Under the pieces are notes generated by a model. That model ran no database searches. It had not been told where the DNA came from and was given only the letters and a program-made list of their open reading frames with translations. A program made the translations under genes and the position numbers. A stretch of 64,000 nt of DNA from Mytilus edulis (Eukaryota). The first letter of the stretch is position 1, and each line of letters starts with the position of its first letter. The stretch spans positions 77,004,001 through 77,068,000 of the forward strand of contig NC_092349.1 in the NCBI RefSeq assembly GCF_963676685.1. Direction: 5' to 3'. Below, one piece after another: positions 35,538 to 46,364 of the stretch.

Positions 35538-38500
35538 ATGCCTGCTAAGAAAAGAAAGTCACAAGAGACAGCTGATAGCAAAGAAACTGTTAAAGACAGT
35601 CCGACGAAAAAATCAAAGAAAGCCTCAGAAGCAGACGCTTTCAAACTCATTGTTGAATACTGGTATGAAACAGGTTTTTGTCTTTTTTTGCCAGAGCTCT
35701 AGCTTTAAATCTTCAATTGTGATAGTAAACATAACCAACCATGATAACCATAATTGTTAAGAGTTTAAATCTAAGGAAACTTTTCATAGTAGTATAACAT
35801 TTGACACCCACATATGCAACTATTCCAGTCATAATTAGGTTCGATAACTCTGTATGTGACTGGTTTAATTATGGTTATGTAAAATGTACTGGTTACCCAA
35901 GTAATAATTTCAAAATATATATATATAGATATTGCATCTTTGTTTCAACCCATCCGTGGTTTCCTTTCGTTGATATAAAATATTATCATTAAATGATTTC
36001 ATAAACAATCGTATAATACTAATATATATATTAAGTCTTGTCAAAATTTACATCGTGATTAGGTCACGTTGCCATGTTTGTTTTGTTTGATCACGTTGAT
36101 GACTTAATTAATATCTCCACAATCTTGCTTTATCCTTAATTATCATACGAGTTACAATAACGTGTCATATTTAATTGCAATACAAACAGTTAAATCTTAT
36201 TGAATTATTTGCATGTGTAAACTAAGTGTCGAACATCCTCTACGTTTGAAATTATTTGGTCGCCATTTTGTTATATGTAACTTCGAAATTTTATCAAAAC
36301 AAATAGCATGTATCCACTTTCACAGAGGGAAATAGTGTTTAAATATATGCTGCATTAAGGTAAGACAATTATTGAAAAGACATGCATCTAACAATTTTAC
36401 GATTTTCATCGTACAAATCTTCAAAAATCTATATGTCCATGTCGCCCCACGCTATCAATGTTCTAAACTGCATGGTCGGTGCATGTAAATCTTTATTTTT
36501 AGTGTGAGAGACTGTTTCTAATAAATATATTGAAGAACATGTGAAAAAAGAAATTTCGTAAGTACAAAAAGACACACTTTGATAAATATTTGAAATATTA
36601 CATTTTGATTTATAACTAAATGAATACCGGCATGTCGTGTCGTTATGAACCTTCAACAGTGTCCGCCATTTTGAAAATATTGCTGAAGACTGCCAAAATA
36701 TGAACTTTTCAAACAAATTTCGAAGCAAAAAGTTTAATACCTGAACTGATATGGTTTGCCATTTACTTTAAATAAATATGTTGTCGATCTTTTTAGAGGT
36801 TGGAAGGATATAAGTAACAATAAATTAATTGAGAAAATTGATTTTACAAAAAGGTCCCATTGCAATTTTGTCGAGTTTTAACGAAGATGTCAACGGAGGC
36901 TGTGTGGCTATGTCACCTCAATTTTCAAACTTATTTCGAAGCACGAAATCATATTTCTGAACTGAAACTTAAAACATATTTAATTGTAAAAATTTATAAA
37001 CTGTAAAACGCGGGGTTGGAAGGAAAAATATACTTTATAACAAACAAGTTATGACCGTTTTATCTATGTACCCCGTTCACTTTCATTGATAATCTATCGG
37101 CCATTAATGATATACAACAGAAGTGTAAAAGTCACGTGATGACGGAGATAGTTGGATATGAAATTGGAGTTTGTAATTAAGAGATTCAACCCCCCCTTTT
37201 TTTTTTTAAATTTGTTACATTCTAATATAGTTTACATTTTCCAAGATTAATCAATATTTTACTATTAATAGGGTTTTTTTTTTTTTTTTTAAGTTTCCTT
37301 AGTTATACTCATATAACATGTAAAGTATGAATTGAAAGAGGTTTAACAGTTTATAGGATAACTGCACTCATCAGAGTGAAAAGTACTTGCAGTTCAAAAA
37401 AGCACATCAATATGATGAGGTCAATAACCATCAACACAAAAGTTGTTATTCTTTTTAAGAAAAAAAAGATATCAAAGTAATTCCACAAGAATTTCAACAA
37501 CATGCTATCCAGATAGCCTTACTGCTGTAAGGATCATCAATATACTGATTTAGATCATATTGTAACTAACATTGACTAACAAATCGAGCATCATGATGTT
37601 TCTAGTTTCAATTGCATTTTTGTAAAGTTATAATCCTATAAATTCTTTTGTTTTCAATTTCAGCAAATCCTGACAAGTATTCAAGCGCAGGGCTGAAACA
37701 TTAGTAGCAGACTTGCGCCAGACCTTTGGTGAGGTAGAAGTTGATTTCAATCCTTCCAAACCTCGCCGTGGAAGTTTTGAATTTACTCTGGTTAAGGGTG
37801 GAAAGGGTAGGTTTATTTGAGAATAACTGAGTGACATCCGTTTTACATGTTTACTAAATAGATTTATGGTCCTGTCACGAAAAAGTCATATCAATGTACA
37901 TTGTATAACTTAATAAAAAATTATGAGGCTTTGTTTAGTAATTGGAAATAAAGATACATTATGTAGATTTATAGTTAATTGGTTACAAAAATGTTTCCAG
38001 GTTAACGTAAATATTCACATATTCCCACTTTCACACTCCAGGATCTTGTTGATCTTATAATTCATTTGTCCAAATATTTTTGTCACACTTCCCACTTTCA
38101 CACTCCAGGATCTTGTTGATCTGATATTGCATTTGTCCAAATATTTTTGTCACACTTCCCACTTTCACACTCCAGGATCTTCTTGATCTGATATTGCATT
38201 TGTCCAAATATTTTTGTCACACTTCCCGTTTTCACACTCCAGGATCTTGTTGATCTGATATTGCATTTGTCCAAATATTTTTGTCACACTTCCCACTTTC
38301 ACACTCCAGGATCTTGTTGATCTGATATTGCATTTGTCCAAATATTTTTGTCACACTTCCCACTTTCACACTCTAGGATCTTGTTGATCTGATATTGCAT
38401 TTGTCCAAATATTTTTGTCACACTTCCCACTTTCACACTCTAGGATCTTGTTGATCTGGTAATTCATTTGTCCAAATATTTCTGTCACACTTCCCACTTT

Positions 38501-40456
38501 CACACTCTAGGATCTTGTTGATCTGATATTGCATTTGTCCAAATATTTTTGTCACACTTCCCACTTTCACACTCTAGGATCTTGTTGATCTGATAATTCA
38601 TTTGTCCAAATATTTTTGTCACACTTCCCACTTTCACACTCTAGGATCTTGTTGATCTGATATTGCATTTGTCCAAATATTTTTGTCACACTTCCCACTT
38701 TCACACTCTAGGATCTTGTTGATCTGATATTGCATTTGTCCAAATATTTTTGTCACACTTCCCACTTTCTCACTCCAGGATCTTGTTGATCTGATATTGC
38801 ATTTGTCCAAATATTTTTGTCACACTTCCCACTTTCACACTCTAGGATCTTGTTGATCTGATAATTCATTTGTCCAAATATTTTTGTCACACTTCCCACT
38901 TTCACACTCTAGGATCTTGTTGATCTGATATTGCATTTGTCCAAATATTTTTGTCACACTTCCCACTTTCACACTCTAGGATCTTGTTGATCTGATATTG
39001 CATTTGTCTAAATATTTTTGTCACACTTCCCACTTTCACACTCTAGGATCTTGTTGATCTGACATTGCATTTGTCCAAATATTTTTGCCACACTTCCCAC
39101 TTTCACACTCTAGGATCTTGTTGATCTGATATTGCATTTGTCCAAATATTTTTGTCACACTTCCCACTTTCACACTCTAGGATCTTGTTGATCTGATATT
39201 GCATTTGTCCAAATATTTTTGTCACACTTCCCACTTTCACACTCTAGGATCTTGTTGATCTGATATTGCATTTGTCCAAATATTTTTGTCACACTTCCCA
39301 CTTTCACACTCTAGGATCTTGTTGATCTGATATTGCATTTGTCCAAATATTTTTGTCACACTTCCCACTTTCACACTCTAGGATCTTGTTGATCTGATAT
39401 TGCATTTGTCCAAATATTTTTGTCACACTTCCCACTTTCACACTCCAGGATCTTGTTGATCTGATATTGCATTTGTCCAAATATTTTTGTCACACTTCCC
39501 ACTTTCACACTCTAGGATCTTGTTGATCTGGTAATTCATTTGTCCAAATATTTCTGTCACACTTCCCACTTTCACACTCTAGGATCTTGTTGATCTGATA
39601 TTGCATTTGTCCAAATATTTTTGTCACACTTCCCACTTTCACACTCTAGGATCTTGTTGATCTGATAATTCATTTGTCCAAATATTTTTGTCACACTTCC
39701 CACTTTCACACTCTAGGATCTTGTTGATCTGATATTGCATTTGTCCAAATATTTTTGTCACACCTTCCACTTTCACACTCTAGGATCTTGTTGATCTGAT
39801 AATTCATTTGTCCAAATATTTTTGTCACACACATCTCTGAAGTTTATTAACAGATGGACTTCATATTTGGTGATCAGTAGCTTTTACAGCTAATGAGTTA
39901 TGAAGTGTTAAGTGTTTTTTATAGCTGTCTAGCATCATCTTCCTCTTTGTCAATACTTTTAATATGTCAATATTCAATATACAATTTTCCAATGCCACTG
40001 GAAAGAATGACTTCATATAATTTGGTCTGCAGCCTTGGCAGCCATGACAAATAAATAATGTGACAAACACTTCTTTCAATATGAACAATTTTACTGTATA
40101 TCAATGTTGCATTCTTGTAAAAAAAACACTGGCAATAGTAATTGATGTTTAACGACATTCCATGAAAAACCTAATTGCTTCAAAATGAAAACGTTTTCAG
40201 AAAGTTGAAATGAAGTTGTGTTTTTTCATTTTGCAATAAAATAATGCTATTGTACAGAATAATATTGGTGTCAGAATTTGCGCAATATCTTGGACGATAC
40301 AAATTATTGCAACAGTAACATCCTCATTGCATTATTATTTTTTTTTATTTTACAGAAACCGTAATATGGACAGGAGTAAAGAAAGGACCACCTAGGAAGA
40401 TGAAATCCCCCGAAACACCAGATCTAATTATTGAGGCAATCAAAAAGAATCTCTAA
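35538..40456 (+). CDS. SELENOH: Selenoprotein H, 122 aa; exons 35538-35662, 37664-37806, 40356-40456; Sec codon TGA at 37671-37673
   Basis: MPAKKRKSQETADSKETVKDSPTKKSKKASEADAFKLIVEYC|KSUQVFKRRAETLVADLRQTFGEVEVDFNPSKPRRGSFEFTLVKGGK|ETVIWTGVKKGPPRKMKSPETPDLIIEAIKKNL*. Basic N-terminal NLS-like segment, CxxU (the Cys codon is split TG|C by intron 1), and the SelH motifs NPxKPRRGSFE and WTGxKKGPPRK. SECIS present downstream. Confidence 0.95.
38020..39830. repeat. 67-bp tandem satellite, ~27 copies, in SELENOH intron 2
   Basis: Unit cccactttcacact(c/t)aggatcttgttgatctgatattgcatttgtccaaatatttttgtcacactt, highly homogeneous. Confidence 0.97.
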
Positions 40457-40554
40457 ATATAGAGAGAAGAATAAGGCAAGGACTCTAGACTCGATCAGTA
40501 CCTCAACAAACACAATATCTCACTAGCTATTTCAACTTGATTGATGTTTTTGGT

Positions 40555-40633
40555 TTAGAAGTTTTAATGAAAGAAATAAGTACAAAGGGAGATTACTCTC
40601 TACTTATTACTGGAAATGTTGTTTATCTTCTAG
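40555..40633 (+). promoter_or_regulatory. SECIS element (type II) in the SELENOH 3' UTR
   Basis: ATGAA core at 40567-40571; helix II AGAAATAAGTA (40572-82) pairs with TACTTATTACT (40601-11), 10 of 11 bp; unpaired AAA 40584-86; mini-stem GGGAG/CTCTC; 3' GGAA at 40612-15 supplies the G.A/A.G tandem; helix I TTAGAAG (40555-61)/CTTCTAG (40627-33). Lies about 110 nt after the stop codon. Confidence 0.92.
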
Positions 40634-41250
40634 CAAGAACAAAGATTGACTTGTTTATGTATGTGAAAAAAGGTGACAAATTTAGTTTGGTGCTATTTTT
40701 TGGGGGTGTTTACCAATTTTTTGGTGATGATTTTTTCATAATAAAATATAAAAAAAAATGAATATTGATTTATATTTTAATTTTGTGGTGATATAATATT
40801 AGAATTGTTTCTACTGGGTACAAAATTTCCAGCTTTTTGCACCGCCATTGTCTCAGAATGTTTTTCTCTATATTTTTATTAAGGTATATAGGAATTTTTT
40901 TTCTGATTCAAGTGTCTGTGACTTTTTGATAACTTTTCAATTGTGTTACCTAATTCAATGGTTTATCAGTATTTCAATTCTCAAACAAAGAATTTTCAAA
41001 TAGATATAAAAAAAAATGTGGTGTGAGTGCCAATGAGACAACTCTTCATCCTAGTCACAATTTGGAAAAGTAAACCCAGACCTGTTGGTGACCTTCTGCT
41101 GTTGTGTTTTTTTCTATGGTCAGGTTGTTGTCTCTTTGGCACATTCCCCATTTCCATTCTCAATTTTACCTTATAGGTCATAGTACACATTGTCAAACTT
41201 TTCTTCAAATTCACTGATATATTGCCATCTTTATCTTTCAGACAATTAGA

Positions 41251-41450
41251 GAGGGGGGATAGGATGGGTACTGATCCCGAAATCCCGGGCTTAAAAACAC
41301 GAAATCCCGAGATCCCGAATTTAAATAAAGTAAATCCCGACATCCCGAAATCCGAAAAACGAATTCCCGGATCCCGAAAGGGTCAATCCCGAAATCCCAA
41401 GCTTAAAAACACCCGATCCCGGAGTCCCGATAAAGGTCCTATCCCCCCTC
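41251..41450. mobile_element. MITE with TIR GAGGGGGGATAGGA and 6-bp TSD ATTAGA; internal atcccgaa microrepeats
   Basis: attaga|gaggggggatagga...tcctatcccccctc|attaga. A related partial copy lies at ~13408-13590. Confidence 0.85.
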
Positions 41451-42187
41451 ATTAGACAATGATTCATGAATCTTTCATCTTGGCTTGAGCCTTCAATTTT
41501 ACAAAAAATAAATACAAGATTTGGTTTATTGCAAGGGATCAAGTGATTTGGATTGTAGAAACTACAAAACACCTGATAACCTTTAACAATGAGGGAAACT
41601 AATAATGCATAGTAAGTTATAAAGGTCCAGCAAATCACAAGCTTAGTTTATACACCATATATCAATATGGTTTAAACATATCTGACATGTAACTTTTTTT
41701 AACCATGATTCTGTGGTTTCAATACAAAAAGTCGTCTACCATCAACGTTGAGAAACCCTTGTTTTGAGTAGATTTTATAATGTGTCTTCCAAAATTAAAT
41801 TAAAACCAAAACAACAATGTTCCTGAATCAACAAATATGTCATATTCTGAACTTTGTTATGATACATTTGGACAGAAGTGTAACAGCACAACATGGTCAT
41901 GAGAACAAAATTAATTTTATTTGGTGATTGGTTTTCTGTCATTAAGATATGTTGAGAATATGTTGCCATTGTTTTACTAGTTCTATCTATTTCAAACATG
42001 ATCCAATGAATAACATGTTTATAATAGCTAAATGAGTTATATATAGAATAACCATTCATTGTCAAATATCAATGTTATTTGTACAAGGCTTAGAAACAGG
42101 TAGAAAGTGAGGCTGTGCCGAGAATTTCTACCTGATTCGAGCCGAGTACAAATAACATTGATATTTCGAGACAATGTATGGTTATTA

Positions 42188-43770
42188 ACGAGCCTGCAAC
42201 TTTTGTTGCAGAAAGCTCGACATAGGGATAGTGATCCGGCATCGGCGGCGTTAGCTCACTTCTTAAAAGCTTTATATTTTAGAAGGTGGAAGACCTGGAT
42301 GCTTCATACTTTGTATATAGATGCCTCATGTTACGAAGTTTCCGTCAGTCACATGTCCAATGTCCTTGACCTCATTTTCATGGTTCAGTGACTGCTTGAA
42401 AAAAAAGTTAAGATTTTTTGTAATGTTGAATTCTCTCTTATTATAAGTAATAGGATAACTATATTTGATATGTGCGTACCTTGCAAGGTCCTCATGTCTG
42501 TCAGACAGTTTTCACTTGACCTCGACTTCATTTCATGGATAAGTGAACAAGGTTAAGTTTTAGTGGTCAAGTCTATATCTCAGATACTATAAGCAATAGG
42601 GCTAGTATATTCGGTGTATGGAAGGACTGTAAGGTGTACATGTTCAACTGGCAGATGACAGTTGTAATAAAGCTTAGCTTTATACTTAGGACTATCAACA
42701 TAATATCAATGATTAGTAAAGAAGGCGAGACATTTCAGGGTGTGCACTATTGTTCATTATATACTGCAACTCTTATAACTAATCTAAATGAAGTATTTAG
42801 GGTAAAAACCTTCTTAATTCTGAGCAGAAGACGTAAAATTTCCGCGACCTGTATGTTTTATTGCTGTCATAAATAAAACTCTACGGAAACACATTGTCAA
42901 CGTCATAAACAAGGTGATATACGGTCAGTGACTGTATATCACATATGAATATACTGTCAATGCAATTTGACTGCTCAAATAGCACAGCTGCAGTATATAA
43001 ATCAATCAGGATCACATTACCAAGATGTCAGTATTGCATAAATAACCATTTCTAGTTTCAGTTGGTATAAAGACAATTTTTTCTCGCCTCTACCAAATCT
43101 AAAAAGGGAGACAAGGGTGTGCTTTTTCCAACAGCTGGGTCAACTGTGTATTGGATTTTATCTCACCTATGACAATAGGTGTCGCCATCAAGCGGCAATG
43201 ACAACATAAATTATTAGTTTAAAAACTTTATATTTCAGAAGGTAGAAGACCTTTTAATGCTTCATATCTTGTATGCAGATAGCATATTTTATGAAGATTC
43301 CGTCTGTCATTTGTCCAATGTCCTTGACCTCATTTATCATAGTTCAGCAACTGCTTGAAAAAGTTTTCACCATGTAAATTCTGCACTTATTATGAGTTAT
43401 AGGATAACCATATTGACATATGGGTTCCTTGCAATGTCTTTTAGATAGACAGGATTCACCTGAAACTCAACCTCATTTCATGGATAAGTGATCAAGGTAA
43501 AAGTAACATGATTAGGTCCGTTTCTCAAATACTATAAGCAGTAGGTCAACCATATGTGGTGTATGGAATGACTAACAGATACATGTCAGTCTGGCAGATT
43601 CCCTCGGACTATGACCTCATTTTCATAGTTTGTTGGTTAATATAAAGATTTTGTGATTTGGACTTTTTTCAAGTTCTTTAGGCAATAGGTCAACTATATT
43701 TGGTGTAAGGAATGATTTTAAGCTGTATATATCTGTTTGGCAGGTATTATCTGACTGTGACCTTATAAAT
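42188..43770. repeat. Two copies of a dispersed repeat family (42188-42748 and a degenerate ~43080-43770)
   Basis: Shared tttata(t)ttt(t/c)agaagg...gcttcata...tgtccaatgtccttgacctcattt blocks. Confidence 0.65.
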
Positions 43771-43934
43771 AACCTTTTACTCCCATATAATTATTTTTTT
43801 TGCTTTCAATTGTACAATATTAAGACCTACACCTTATATGTCTATCTGCAAAATTCGATAAAAACTTATAAATAAATCATTTGTTATGAATCAAAAATGT
43901 TCAGTAGCACCTTTTGCATCTGCCTGTATATGTT

Positions 43935-44592
43935 TTAAAATCTTTGGTTTACTGGTATAGTATTGCTGTTTATAAATGCTTGGAATCTTAGTGGTCAAGA
44001 GGTCTAAGTAGACAATCTTTGGTTTACTGGTATAGTATTGCTGTTTATCAATGCTTGGAATCTTAGTGGTCAAGAGGTCTAAGTAGACAATCTTTGGTTT
44101 ACTGCTATAGTATTGCTGTTTATCAATGCTTGGAATCTTAGTGGTCAAGAGGTCTAAGTAGACAATCTTTGGTTTACTGGTATAGTATTGCTGTTTATCA
44201 ATGCTTGGAATCTTAGTGGTCAAGAGGTCTAAGTAGATCATCTTTAGTTGCTGTTCATTAATGCTTGGAATCTTAGTGGTCAAGAGGTCTAAGTAGACAA
44301 TCTTTGGTTTACTGGTATAGTATTGCTGTTTATCAATGCTTGGAATCTTAGTGGTCAAGAGGTCTAAGTAGATCATCTTTAGTTGTTGTTCATTAATGCT
44401 TGGAATCTTAGTGGTCAAGAGGTCTAAGTAGACAATCTTTGGTTTACTGGTATAGTATTGCTGTTTATCAATGCTTGGAATCTTAGTGGTCAAGAGGTCT
44501 AAGTAGACAATCTTTGGTTTACTGGTATAGTATTGCTGTTTATCAATGCTTGGAATCTTAGTGGTCAAGAGGTCTAAGTAGATCATCTTTAG
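43935..44592. repeat. Composite 75/60-bp minisatellite (~9 units)
   Basis: Shared core atgcttggaatcttagtggtcaagaggtctaagtaga with two alternative spacers; produces the repetitive 238-aa minus-strand ORF in the track. Confidence 0.93.
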
Positions 44593-46364
44593 TATCACAG
44601 TCAACACTAAGATTGTGCATTCAATTCCAATCTTAGTTTACTAGGATTGCCATAATATGAAGGTTTGGATGGGGTTAAATGATTAAAGAATAATGCCCTT
44701 AAAAAATGAAGACCATTGGTTTTCCTGTTTAAATTGTTTTACACTAGTCATGTTGGAGCCCTTGTTAACTTGCTTTTGGATGTGATCCAATACTAAGGGT
44801 AAGGGTTGAAGGGCTTAGGTTGTAATTATTGAGTTGGAATATAATGAAATGCTGCCATAGTTAAGTTTTTAAACAGTACCATAAGTACTTTATGTCATGG
44901 CTAAAACAAAAGAAGAAAAAATAATATCATAAAATCTTTTTATCAAAATCAAAAACAATTACAGTTTCTAACAATTGTATAATTATACACATGAATTCAT
45001 TTAAATATAAAACTTGTCAATTTTAATACCACTTAATTTATGAAACAAACTATTGCAAAACACAGTAAACCCTTGTTATAAAGCTCCTTATGGTATAAAA
45101 CCACTAATTCAAAGCCCCATTGCTTTCTATGTTAAATTCTGCAATTTCAAGCATTTATGGCTACTTTGTCTTAAGTTCAAATAAAGGGGCAGTTATTTCA
45201 TGTCAAAACTACCTTATCCTGATTTGTGCTGAAAGAATCAACATACCTTTAATTGCATATTAGAGCCTACTGGTTCCCCCAAGTTTGATAGTACAAAAAC
45301 AGGAACTTCTGATCTGAACAATAGGCCAAATGTGCCCTCCTATTAAAATTTCATATTCTTCTTTATTATTCAAGTAAAGCTTTTAACAAGGGTTCTGCAG
45401 TGATCCCAAGTGCCAAAGCTTTCATTTGATACAAAAACTACCAAAATATTCCCACTATTGACAAAGATACAGCTATGCGTAGGAACTATTTTGTTTAAAA
45501 TATGTACTACTTTCTTGTATGTTCTTTCCGACCGTGCCTGAATTAGTGGTTCTATACCTTATGTTATCACCACATTGCTATAAGAATTATTTGAAAAAAG
45601 TTTCATGAAATATAAAATGCTACTGACATACAAATATATGCTGCTCAATCTCCTTAATATAATATCAAAACATTTAATATATTTCACTAACTAATAAACA
45701 ATTTTCTAAACTGTAAAAGGACTAGTAAATGATTTAAAAAAATGTATTGCACCTAGACAAATTATGATAAATATGTTATTCCAGTTAGAGAATTCTTGAA
45801 GGATGTGGCCTTATCCATAAATCCTAATAACAAGAAGAAGTACTGCCAGCAAAGCTCACAAGATGATTCCAAACACATCCCACATTAACCAAATCAATTT
45901 TAGCAAATCACATCCTTGCCATTGGTTAATGTTGGATGTGTTTAAAATCATTTTGTGAGGTTTGCTGGCATTACTTCTTGTTCTTATTAAAATTTAAAAG
46001 ATAAAGGTTCAAAACACAAAATGAGAGATGGACAATCATATGGGTCAGATTCAGAGAATGGCCAAACAATAAAGTAAATAATGCGAGTGATTTAGTGGAA
46101 GTTTCTTAAAATTCTGTGATAAAATTCTGGAGCTTTTGCAGATACTATATTTTTAGGTAAAGATTGCATGAAATGCAATCAAAACCTTATGGGATTGACG
46201 GGATATCTAAATCTTCCAAGGCTGATCACTACCTTTTTGATACACAAAATATAGTGCATTGATCATAACATTCTATACATATCCATGAACAGCAATTTTA
46301 ACTAAGTTTAAGGATACTATAACAAGGTTTAACTATAAAAATAACACAGTAAATGACTAAGCTA

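Noticed and set aside
38020-39830. Regular arrays (also 59773-61990) as CRISPR arrays
   Set aside because: No unique spacers, eukaryotic intronic context and no cas genes.
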